Of a DNA stretch of 64,000 nt, positions 39,776 through 50,300 are shown piece by piece. Positions within the stretch are counted from its first letter, which is position 1. Every line of letters starts with the position of its first letter. The translations under genes were made by a program, and so were the position numbers. Source of the DNA: Candidatus Obscuribacterales bacterium (lineage in GTDB: Bacteria > Cyanobacteriota > Vampirovibrionia > Obscuribacterales > Obscuribacteraceae); assembly GCA_965228855.1 (NCBI GenBank), contig CBDDIJ010000003.1, positions 832,001-896,000 on the forward strand. The letters are read 5' to 3'. The notes under the pieces were generated by a model. It was not told where the DNA came from. It was given only the letters and a program-made list of their open reading frames with translations, and searched no databases.

Positions 39776-41503
39776 ATGTCGAACCTCTGCTGGTTGGTGT
39801 TTTCGCAGATTAATATGTTGCAGTCTTCTAAAGCTTATACGCGTAGCAACTATCAACAGTCCGATCGGGTCGACTCTTCAAAACGGTCGGACCTGAAGCT
39901 CATGAGTTTGATTGTTGCCGTTGGCTGTTTGATGTTTTTACCGGGGCTGGGCGCGACCGGGATTTTGAACACCACCGATGCTTACTATGCGGAAGCTGCG
40001 CGGGAGATGTTGAATCGTGGCGATTTCATCACGCCCTATTTAAACTACCAGCCGTATTATTTCAAACCGATTTTGACCTACTGGGTGATAATCGCATCCT
40101 ACCTCACGTTTGGCATAAACACCTTCGCTTCGCGTCTGCCATCGGCCCTCTCCTGCATTGCAACCTCGCTTGCAATTTTCTCTCTGACCAAAGCTTTCAT
40201 TGGACGCAGAGCCGCTTTGATGGCAGCTCTTGCTCTGCTGTCTATGCCCTTAGTATCCGTGGTTGGTCATGTTTCAATTCCGGATACACCGCTACTTCTT
40301 CTCACGACGGTTTCCAGCTTGCTCTTGCTCGGCGCCCTCATACGTGGCGACAGCAAGGGTTTGATTCCAGCTTACGCATGCCTGGGTCTGGCAATGTTGA
40401 GCAAAGGACCGCTGGCGCTCGCGTTTGTTGGTGCGTGCGTGGGCGGCTTTCTCCTCGTAAGCAGCCGGTCCCTCGATCATTTTAAGCAGAGACTTCTGTC
40501 TCTTAAACCGATTCTCGCCGTTGCGGTATCGCTTCTGGTGGCACTTCCCTGGTTTGCCGCCGTGCATTTGTCATCTAACGGAGCTTTCACGCAATTCTTT
40601 TTCATTCAGCAAAACTTTGGGCGACTGTCCGGGCAGTTTCAATCGCACAATAATCCGGCATGGTTTTACATTCCCTATCTGGCTGGTGGCTTTCTGCCAT
40701 GGCTTCCAATGCTGCTCAGTGCGCCAGTAATTCTCCGCCCTCGATTCGAGAAGCGTCTGTCGGACAGCCCGCGAGTACAAATGACCGTAGCGTCGCTGTG
40801 CTGGTTGTTTGGAACGCTCGGGTTATTGCTTGTCTCGTCCTCGAAAGTCGCCCACTATTTGCTTCCAATCGCCTCTCCAATCGCAATTTTGAGCGGATTG
40901 TATTTTGACGCTGTTCTAAAACTCGGCCGACGCCGATTTGTTCTGTGGGTGGCACCGGTTATGGTGCTTGCTTGTGTCGGTAGCCTTTTCGCGTTCCCTC
41001 GCCTATTTGAAAACGAGGGGCAGTTGCAAACCCTCGCTTCAGTTTTTGTTTCTCTGCTCATAGTCGGCTACACCGCATATGGTGCGTTTATCTACAAATC
41101 TCAAATGCGGCTTGGCGTGGCTCTTTTGTTTGCCTGGAGTTTGCTCGACTGTGGATTGTTGGTGCCGGTTGCGATTCAGCAGACCTACCGCCGTGCTAAC
41201 GAAGAGTTTGTTTCTCTCGTAAAGCAAGCCAGTAAGGACAAGAATTCAGTAATTGCCGTTCGCGCGAATGACAGCGCTACCGCCGCTTTCTATGCGGGCA
41301 AGAAGATTTACGAGATTGAAGGACCGTTAGATTGCAAGAAAATTGTGGACACCACCCAGGGACCGCACTACTTTATTTTTGATGATAAGACGAATTCTCT
41401 TTTGCATCCATTTATCCCGGGGTCTCCTCGTGTAATCAGTACGGATGGTAAATGGAACTTGATCCTCGTTGAAAACGACTCAGCATCAACTTCTTCAAAC
41501 TGA
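39776..41503 (+). CDS. ArnT/GT39 (PMT-like) glycosyltransferase; start may lie downstream
   Basis: DAYYAEAAREMLNRGDFITPYLN...KPILTYW, RLPSAL, LSKGP, LPWF, PAWFYIP, HYLLP. Confidence 0.88.
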   Translation: MSNLCWLVFSQINMLQSSKAYTRSNYQQSDRVDSSKRSDLKLMSLIVAVGCLMFLPGLGATGILNTTDAYYAEAAREMLNRGDFITPYLNYQPYYFKPILTYWVIIASYLTFGINTFASRLPSALSCIATSLAIFSLTKAFIGRRAALMAALALLSMPLVSVVGHVSIPDTPLLLLTTVSSLLLLGALIRGDSKGLIPAYACLGLAMLSKGPLALAFVGACVGGFLLVSSRSLDHFKQRLLSLKPILAVAVSLLVALPWFAAVHLSSNGAFTQFFFIQQNFGRLSGQFQSHNNPAWFYIPYLAGGFLPWLPMLLSAPVILRPRFEKRLSDSPRVQMTVASLCWLFGTLGLLLVSSSKVAHYLLPIASPIAILSGLYFDAVLKLGRRRFVLWVAPVMVLACVGSLFAFPRLFENEGQLQTLASVFVSLLIVGYTAYGAFIYKSQMRLGVALLFAWSLLDCGLLVPVAIQQTYRRANEEFVSLVKQASKDKNSVIAVRANDSATAAFYAGKKIYEIEGPLDCKKIVDTTQGPHYFIFDDKTNSLLHPFIPGSPRVISTDGKWNLILVENDSASTSSN

Positions 41504-41540
41504 CCCCTTCTCTTTGTTTTGGTTTCGTGTTTACCTTTCG

Positions 41541-41569
41541 TTGACAAAGGCGAGTTTCGCTCAGATACT
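41541..41569 (+). promoter_or_regulatory. Sigma70-type promoter of the serS leader
   Basis: TTGACA (41541-46), 17-bp spacer, GATACT (41564-69); predicted +1 at 41576. Confidence 0.75.
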
Positions 41570-41575
41570 GAGAAT

Positions 41576-41620
41576 ATGAACAAAGCAGCACATCGCAACT
41601 CGTCTTCCTCGTCCCCATAG
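41576..41620 (+). CDS. Ser-rich attenuator leader peptide MNKAAHRNSSSSSP
   Basis: ATG AAC AAA GCA GCA CAT CGC AAC TCG TCT TCC TCG TCC CCA TAG directly upstream of serS. Confidence 0.8.
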   Translation: MNKAAHRNSSSSSP

Positions 41621-41623
41621 GAC

Positions 41624-41669
41624 GCGGGAGTTTGTTCATCTAATTGTGTTATTGAACAAAGAAGCCCGC
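41624..41669 (+). promoter_or_regulatory. Antiterminator hairpin of the serS attenuator
   Basis: GCGGG(41624-28)/CCCGC(41665-69) plus TTTGTTCA(41631-38)/TGAACAAA(41653-60); overlaps the terminator 5' arm. Confidence 0.75.
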
Positions 41670-41692
41670 TTTAACCGAAAGCGAGGCTTTTT
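41662..41692 (+). terminator. Attenuator terminator upstream of serS
   Basis: AAGCC-CGCTTT / loop AACCG / AAAGCG-(A)-GGCTT, T-run 41688-41692. Confidence 0.75.
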
Positions 41693-41726
41693 GCATTGTA
41701 GTGCCTCGCGTATCATTGGAGGTACT

Positions 41727-42989
41727 ATGATTGATTTGGAAGAAGTAAAACGACAGCAAGCTAATTATCGAAAGGCGATTCTCAGCAAGCGAATTCCGCT
41801 CGATTTCGACACTCTTTTGCGGGTCGCAGAGGAGCGGAGGACCGCTCGCCGAGTCGTCGATGATCTCAGGCGGGAACGCAACAAGATCACTGCTCTGGTG
41901 GCAGCTGGAACTGCGCGCGCAGAGAACATCGAGAAAGGTCGTGCTGTCGGTGAAAAGCTAAAGGCGGAGGAAGCGCAACTGTTTGAATTGGAAAAAAGCT
42001 ATCGCAAATTAGCGGCGCTCTTGCCTGGAATTCCGGCTCCGGAGGTTCCAGAGGGTGAAACAGATGCGGATAACGTAGAAGTCAGAAAGCACGGAATACC
42101 AAGAGTCTTTGATTTCGAGTTTCGAGATCATCTGGAGCTGACCGCGTTGCATAAGATGGCAAACTTCGGTGGTGCCAGAGAAATTGCGGGTTCAAGAGCG
42201 TATGCGCTGATGGGAATTGGAGCGTTGCTTGAAAATGCCGTTCTGCAGTTTGCTCTGACCCACATTGTGAAGAAGGGCTTCACTGCGGTTCTTCCGCCGT
42301 TGTTGGTGAACGAAACCGCAATGTTCGGTACAGGATATTTTCCTCTCGGAGAGGACAGTGCCTATCATCTCGAAAAGGACAATCTATTTTTGACCGGCAC
42401 CTCAGAGGTCGGCGCTGTCGCGATACATGCGAATGAAACCGTCAATCAAGTCGATTTTCCACTGAGGTATGTTGGAATTTCGCCGTGTTTTCGCCGCGAG
42501 GCAGGTGCAGCAGGACGAGACACCAAGGGCTTTTATAGAGTGCATCAGTTTCAAAAAGTGGAGCAGGTTGTCTTTTGTTCAAATGATCCTGAAGTATCAC
42601 GTGTGGAGCATGATGCGCTTCTGCAAAACGCCGAGGAGATTGTGCAAGCTCTTGAGCTTCCCTATCGCGTGGTGGCAGTTTGCACAGGTGACATGGGGCT
42701 TGGTCAAGTGCGCAAGCATGACATCGAAACATGGATGCCCAGCCGAAATAGCTACGGCGAAACGCATTCATGTTCAACCTTCCATGACTTTCAGGCTCGT
42801 CGTTTGAACATTCACTATCGCGATGCCGATGGTAAGAAACACTTCGTGCATACGTTGAACAATACCGCTATCGCCTCACCTCGGATTTTGATAGCTCTCC
42901 TTGAGAATCATCAAAACAAAGATGGGACCATCAATGTGCCGAAAGCGCTCCGACCATATCTGGGTGGGACGGAATTGATGGAGCCCTAG
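41727..42989 (+). CDS. serS: Serine--tRNA ligase
   Basis: N-terminal coiled coil; LTGTSEV, CFRREAGAAGRDTKGFYRVHQFQKVEQ, YGETHSCS, HTLNNTAIASPR; GGAGG RBS before ATG 41727. Confidence 0.97.
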   Translation: MIDLEEVKRQQANYRKAILSKRIPLDFDTLLRVAEERRTARRVVDDLRRERNKITALVAAGTARAENIEKGRAVGEKLKAEEAQLFELEKSYRKLAALLPGIPAPEVPEGETDADNVEVRKHGIPRVFDFEFRDHLELTALHKMANFGGAREIAGSRAYALMGIGALLENAVLQFALTHIVKKGFTAVLPPLLVNETAMFGTGYFPLGEDSAYHLEKDNLFLTGTSEVGAVAIHANETVNQVDFPLRYVGISPCFRREAGAAGRDTKGFYRVHQFQKVEQVVFCSNDPEVSRVEHDALLQNAEEIVQALELPYRVVAVCTGDMGLGQVRKHDIETWMPSRNSYGETHSCSTFHDFQARRLNIHYRDADGKKHFVHTLNNTAIASPRILIALLENHQNKDGTINVPKALRPYLGGTELMEP

Positions 42990-43082
42990 TGTATGACGCG
43001 CCGATAACAATCAAGGGTGCTGAGGTTTGGGCTGTGATCCGCAGGGGCGCGAATGCGCGCCGACGGTCACGGCAGGGGGCAG

Positions 43083-43649
43083 CTACTGCATAAGCGAACC
43101 CAGGAACGTTAGAAAAAGCAAACCGCCACCAATGACGATGGCAACCCAATTCATCACAGAGAACTTGGAGTTGGGTTCGCCTTCACTCGTTGTCGTTGCC
43201 ACGCGGTTAATCAATTGAATTGCAGGAAGCAGAGCGATGAAGGCAAACGTTGAAAGGTGGGAAATCGGCTCCGGTGCTTTCCAGGTGAGAGTGACGATGA
43301 TCCAAGCGGCAGCCAGCATTCCAGCAGGCATAGTATTTATGACACCTCTGTCGTTTGCTACTTGTCTGATTTCTTTCAACAGTTCGTATATAAAAACGTA
43401 CGCAAAGAATGCTCTCCAGAAGGAATGTAATTTGCGACCTGTTCGTTCGCTGATAAGCTGCCAGTTTTTGTACTGCCAAAAAAGTTCGTAAAGTCCAAAT
43501 GTGCACATGGACATCACAATAAATTTCAATGGCGAGACACTGAAGAACAAACGTCCATTATATAGTTGAGGTTCAAGCGTGCCCTCCTCTCTCGATGATT
43601 GGCTTGTTTTGAGCTTTTCGCTAACCTTTTGTTCTTGCTCGTTGTCCAT
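43083..43649 (-). CDS. Membrane protein (DUF4234-like)
   Basis: MSMCTFGLYELFWQYKNW motif; about 4 TM helices; ORF extends to 43748, start uncertain. Confidence 0.65.
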   Translation of the reverse strand: MDNEQEQKVSEKLKTSQSSREEGTLEPQLYNGRLFFSVSPLKFIVMSMCTFGLYELFWQYKNWQLISERTGRKLHSFWRAFFAYVFIYELLKEIRQVANDRGVINTMPAGMLAAAWIIVTLTWKAPEPISHLSTFAFIALLPAIQLINRVATTTSEGEPNSKFSVMNWVAIVIGGGLLFLTFLGSLMQ

Positions 43650-44398
43650 GGTGGTGCCTGCTGATTTGATTTGCGTTTGGGACATTATATAAGTGTGCGC
43701 TGAAAGAGAATGTTTGATGTTCGTGCTCGTGAATGTTTTCTTCCTCATATATAGCCATGTCTCGGTGCCATGTTCCGACGAGCCGCCTGACCACGCATCG
43801 CCGAGAGCTGATATATAAGGAACACACTTGGCGTGTCGCTAGTAAGTTTTCTGAGCGTAAGTCTATTTCATTGAATGAACGCTGAAGGATGTGACCAGAT
43901 GTGCACCTTCGCGATCGGCGTGTGATCGGAACAAAAAACAAGCCTGGTAATGAAAAATGACATTCCTATTCGCCGATCGAGTAATTGCGTTAGAACGCTG
44001 GAAATTCCCAGTGGGTAAGGCTTTTGCCGCGCTTGTTGGATTCTCGCGCAATTAATATTGCTTGCTGGGATCCTTCAGAATCCGAGTACTTTAGAGGTCA
44101 AGATATATGCTGTTGCCAATTGTAAACGAGAAATTTTTCAGAACCAATTTTGATAAATCCAACAAGGGCTCAGAACAAATAGACGAAAGTTTTTTTGAAA
44201 AGGCAATTTGAATCCTTCGCTTGACGACCGGTGGTAGGAAACGGTTTAACAGCGTGTTATGTTTTGCAGCGAATTAGACGGCGGTATTCTCGAGATTCCG
44301 CCGCCCAAAAACCTTTTGATTAGCTCCCGGCGACGGGAGCCTGATTTGTATTGGCGTACTAGTCGCCGAAATCGAAGTGACACCTTAGAGGATTGAAA

Positions 44399-47300
44399 AT
44401 GAGTAAGAAAGTGGTGCGAAGTCGGGAATCCTACATCAAAAACTGGACCGCAGCTATCTGGGGATCGGTGATGGTCGTAGCGTCTGGAGCCGCAGCTCAA
44501 GCCGAAGACCATCAAAACTTCAGAGATTTCCGCGATGCGAATCCCGGTTTCGATCGTCATACGCTTCGTCAGATGTATCGCGCTGAGTTTGGTCGTGGTG
44601 GCGCAGGTGGTGCTTCAAACGTTCCTGACGCCGGCACCTTTAACATCATGCCGGTACCGAATGTACCTTCGACCAGTAACGTCACAATCACAGAGTCGCG
44701 CGGCAAGTGGGCTAACCGTCTCGAACGCAATAATGGCGTCATAAAGCAATCCGTTCAATCTAATGACAGCGGCAAGCTGGTGACACTGAATGGCGGCGTC
44801 AATCTCGACCTCACGTCACAAGCACGCAATATCACCCTCGGACAGAAGCTGTTCAGTGGTGTTTCATCAATTGAAATTCAAGTTGGCGGCGAAACCAAAA
44901 CTCTCACTGCTGGTTCACAAGTCACGGCAGCCGAGTATATCGCTGCAAAACAAGTTCTCGCAGGAACCGCTCAGAAAGTTGCAATCAGCTCTAACGGCGT
45001 TGCGACTGGCGGTGAAGTCGACCTTTCCGCTATCACCTCTCGCGGCGACGTGATGAGAGCATCCGACCTCGTCGTTCCGGTCAATGTCACCACACTCGGT
45101 GACTTCTCAAAAGGTTCCGAATTCAAACTTCAAGGTGACTTGAATAACTTTGGTACCGTTCATGCTCTGGACGGTTCCGGTAATGGACGCGGTGGCACGA
45201 TTAGAGCCGTTGATATCAACAACAATGCAAACGCTTTGATCTCATCCGACGTTGATCTCACGCTACGCGCAGACGGCCAGCTCACCAACCTCGGCAACAT
45301 TACTTCGAATGGCAGTTTGACGTTGACTTCTAGCAACGTCACTAACCGCGGCAGCATATCCTCCGCTAAAGACGTCAATTTGAATTCGCCGACCGGCGCT
45401 ATGAATGTTGACAGCGCAGGTGGCACTATCTCCGCTGCCAACAATATTAATGTCGATGTGAACGCTGACTCGACATTGGCAGGCGGTAACTACCTCAGCC
45501 AAAACCTGAACCTGAATGCTGGTGCTGGAACAATCACCGCCAATCTGGACAATGTGACCGGCACAGTCAATGGCACAGGATATGCGGTTCACTTCGCATC
45601 GCAATCCGAGACTTTGAACCTGGGCGACCTGAACTTGATCGATCCCACGTTCTACAACATTGGAAATATCAATTTCACCGGTGACGTGATAGTCGCTGGA
45701 AACGCGTTGACTATCATCGCGACCGGCAACATCACCGAGTCTGTGGTGGGACCGTTTACAGTGAGCACCGCCAATGGAGCCGGCAATGGTGGCGACCTCA
45801 CAATGATCGCTGGTGCGAATATCACAGCTGCGGGTGGTCCGGGTAACAACACCGTAGGAGCAGGTGCTCCTACACAAGTCACCTTCAATGAAGGTTCCAT
45901 CGGCGGAGGAAGCATCCTTCTTAACGAAGTCCAACTCAACACGACAGGTGCTGGCGGTGGTAATGGCGGAAACGTCCTCCTCGCTGCGTTTGCTGGCACC
46001 ACAGGTGGTTCCGGAAGAGTTGATCTCGGTGTCGGAGTTTCCACTATTCAAACTTCTGGAGACGCCGGTGTCGGTACAAACGGTAACGTAACAGTCATTG
46101 CATCGAGAGGCATAAATCTTGGCGGTGCGGGTAGTTCAATAAATGCTGACGGCGGACTTGCTGGAGCAGGAACGGGCGAAGTCCGAATCACTTCCGCTCA
46201 GCCTGTGACGGGTGGACCTGTCACGTATGCTGCTGACGGAAGTCTTGTGTCCGGTCAGGTCACAGCTGGAACAACCTTGACCAATTTCACTGTGAACGTA
46301 CCCAGCATTACGGCCAGTGGAATTGTCAGAGTGGCTTCCGGCGGCGACGTCAATGTATCTGACATCACTACAAGCGGACCTCTCGCTAACGTTGTGCTCT
46401 TGTCAGGTGTCGACCAGTTTACGCTTGCGCCTACAAACCCCTCGGCGAACCTGACCATAAACGGAGATGTAACCGCGAATGGTGCTGGTAGCCAAATCCT
46501 TGCTGCTTCCGGAAACAACCTCAGCACCGTCGATGGTGCTGACTTAGTTGCTGATGGCAATATCGGTTTCGTCGTTGGCGGCAATTTCAGCCAACTCGGA
46601 GCGATATTTGCTCAAAACGGCGCCGTCAATGGAACCGTTGATGGTGACTACACACTCGGCACTGACCTGCTTGATTTTGTCGCTGGAGCGTCCGGCGTGA
46701 CGGTCGCCGTGAACGGCGACTTGATTCAATCCGCAGTCATCGAGGCTGGTGCTGGGGCTAGCCTGGACGGTAGCGTCAACCTTCTGATCGGTGGAGACTA
46801 CACTGCGACGTCGGCAGCTGCCAGCGTGCTGGCTGGACAAGGTGATCCCGGTTATGTCGGCACTGTGACAATTTCCGCTCAGAATTTCTCAACGGCATCA
46901 GGCTCGACCATCAGAGGTCGTAACGTCACGCTGACTTCGGATAGCACCAATTTCGGTTCTTTCAATCTCAACGGTCTGGTCGACGCTAATGGAACCGGTG
47001 CGCAAGGCGTATTGACCTTGACGCAAAACGGTACTGTTCAAACGGACATGACTGATACGAACTTCTCGGGTGGTTTGCAGTCACGCCAACTGACGATCAG
47101 CAACAACACTGGTGGCAACATTCAGTTCCTCAACAACACGGCTACTTCATTCGACTTCAACAACGTCACGGCTAATGCTGGTGGCGACATCACGTTCATT
47201 GAAACCACGCTCGATGGTGATGGAAGTATCAACTTCACAGGTTCCAGCTTCGCTGGTGGTTCGTTTACCGCACTTGTCGATACTGACCTTTCAACCGATA

Positions 47301-50300
47301 TCGCTTCGATAGTTGGCGGTTCCTCGGGTGAACTCAGAAGCAGCAACGGTAACATCGGTTCGACCGGCAACTTCTTCGAGACAGATTTCGGAAGTATCAT
47401 CGTACAAGCACTGGGCGGACCATCGCCGACTGCGGGCAACGCTTACATAGGCGGCGCGAACGGTTTGAACTTCGCCGGCGGCAATTCGCAAATTACGGCT
47501 GATCTAGCCGCAGTTGCGCTCACCGGGGATATCACAACGGACGCGACTTCGACTGTCAGCGTCGGTGGAGCTGCTGATTTGGCAGCTCAAGTCGGTAACA
47601 TCGGTACTGGATTGCTGAACCCATTCCGTATCGACGTCGGTACCGGAGTTGGACAAGGCGTTCTTGCAAATGCATCGGGCGATGTGTTCCTCTATGACGC
47701 CAACGGCGCTGCTATTGCAAATGGAAGCGCTGCAACTTCGACAGCAGGAGGAACCTTCAGCTTCGTAGTCGATGGTGACCTCGCTGTCAGGAACAACGTG
47801 TCTGCTTCCACTGGTGACTTGATTCTTCAAGCAAATGCTGGTGGTGACTTGACGCTAGACCCAACAGTTCAAGTCAGCGCCGCAGGTGACGTAAACCTCG
47901 CTGGAACAAACATCTCTGGTGGCATCGATACTCTGGTCTCAGGTAACAACCTCACGGTTGAGCTCTCCGGACTGGGCAACATCTACACCAATGTGAATTC
48001 GATAAGCACCGATATTGGTGCAGGTGATTTGACCATCAATGAATATGATGGCATCACGATCGGCTCCCAATCGGTCGGCGACCTGACCGTCAATGCATCG
48101 CTTGTCTTTGGTGGAGATGTTGATACCACTGCTGACTTCACGATGGATACATTCACCGTCACCAATGACGGTGGTTACATCAACATCAACAACCAGATCA
48201 CTGCTAACACTGCTGCTTTGCTCGATACGACCGGTGGTACCGGCGGAATCGGAGGGCTGGGCACACTGTCAACTCCTCTGGCTGGTTTGTTTAGCGACAG
48301 CGGCGATATCGTTCTTACGGTCAACGGCGTCGCAGGTGGCGACACGACAGTCACAGCGCAAGCTGGCGCCGGCGGAAATGTCGACCTGACCTACGTAGGC
48401 AGCGGTACTCTGACCCTCGATGGCAGCTCCGGTAACGGTGATTACTTCGTCGCTACCACGGATGGTGCCGCTTCTGTCGAAATCTTCGATAATATCGACG
48501 GAACGGGTGTGTTGGACATCACGACTAACACACTGGCGTTCGTCAACCCTGTCACTCTCGCTTTCGACAGCGCTAGCGTTCAAAGCTTGGCTGGCAGCGG
48601 TCTAACGCTTGACGGTGGCGATGCCATCAACGGTGGTAACTTCGTGACTACCGTAGGCGGCGCTGGCGTGAGCTTCACGGCTACCGACGGCGACTTCACT
48701 GTTTTGAACAAAACCAACTTCGTTGGTGGCGATGTTTTCGTGACCCTCGCAAACAACAACGGAATCAACGCAGTTGACCTCACCGCCATGGGTGCGAACC
48801 TGAACGGTGATGCTCAGCTGTTCCCACCGGGTAACGACATCACAATTAGAGCCGCCAACATTCAAGGGAATATCGGTACTGCGATTACGAACTTCAACCA
48901 AGTAACTGTTTTGGGTAACACAATCCACAACAGCAATGGCGACGTTCTTCTGCCCACCAACCTGGTATTCTTTGGACAGAACCTCTCGATTATCGCCTCC
49001 GGCAATGTAACCGCCACTGGTGCCACATTGATTGATCTGTCATCCAACGTCGGCAACGGCGGAAGTTTGATTATCCTGGCCGGTTTCGCAAATACTCCCC
49101 CGACTGTTGGCGCCGAGAACACTGCTAACCCTGTGGTAATCACAGGATTCAGCGGAACTGGCGGTAGCGTAGATCTGACCGGGGTCAACATCATCACCAG
49201 CGCGACAGGTGTCTCCGGTGACGCCGGCGACGTGACCATCATCGCTGCAGGTGGCAGCACCCTCGGCAGTGGAGCCGTGACGGCCGGGAACATTACTGCA
49301 ACGTCAGTAAATGGTTTCGGCGGAATGGTTTCGCTTGCTGGTTCTGCTGGTGTCACCGTAGGTGATATCACCACTACTGGTGGAGTCGCTGGCGGTGACG
49401 TACTTCTAGGAGTCGGAACGGTCGCGATCATCGGAACTCCAACCATCACCAATGGTGTACTGAGCGGAGGCGGTTTCATCCCTGATGCACTCGCACCGGG
49501 CAACCTGACATATGGAGCTATCAACGCCGGCAATGGCGACGTCGCTCTGGCGGGCGCACTCACTGCTGGCGATACCGTGAGTGGTGGATTCATTCAAGCG
49601 GATAATCTTGAAGTGGCCATGGGCGACGGAACGGTTTCGCTGAATGTTGACGCTAACGAAGTTCAGGCCGATGCCACAGCTGGCGTAGGCGGCGGAACGT
49701 TGACGGTGAACGAAGCCGGCAGCATTAACGTCGATCACATCGATGGAAATCTGGATGTAAACATCAATGCCTTTGCGACCATCAACATCATTGGCAGCAT
49801 CAACGCTGGAACCGGTGCTGTTGAACTTGGCGCTCAGGACATCACCACGAATGCTTCCAAAGTCATCGCTGATAGTCTCGATCTCAATGTACTGAACAAT
49901 GCAACGGTCAACACCAGCGTGAACACGCTGACCACGACCACTGGCACTGGTTTCAGCATTGTGAACGAAGACAATGGTATCGACCTCGGTTCGCAGGCAT
50001 CCGGCGCATCGCTGGTCGTGAATGCGAGCCAAGTTGCCTCCGGTGATGTGACCACATCAGCTGATTTCGTCCTTGACTCCCTCACCGTCAGTAACGCTGG
50101 TGGTGATATCGTCATAAGCAATGACATCACCGGCACGAACGGTGTCGCACTCGACACCACTGGTGGACCTGGTGCCATCACTGGGTTGGGATCTGTTTCT
50201 TCGCCGATCATCGGACTCAATTCCGGAGCGGGCGGCATCGACCTGTCAGTCAATGGACTGCTGGATGGGGACACGAGCCTCAACGCTGCAGCTACCGGCG

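Noticed and set aside
41541..41726. T-box riboswitch upstream of serS
   Set aside because: No GGTGGNACC T-box sequence or stem I features, and the leader is short; a Ser-codon uORF explains the structure better
41646..41726. N-terminal extension of SerS given by the ORF track
   Set aside because: It runs through the attenuator hairpins; GGAGG RBS and family N-terminus support ATG 41727
43621..43941. His-rich ORF (EENIHEHEHQ...HHH) on the minus strand
   Set aside because: Overlaps the neighbouring membrane gene in another frame; no other coding support
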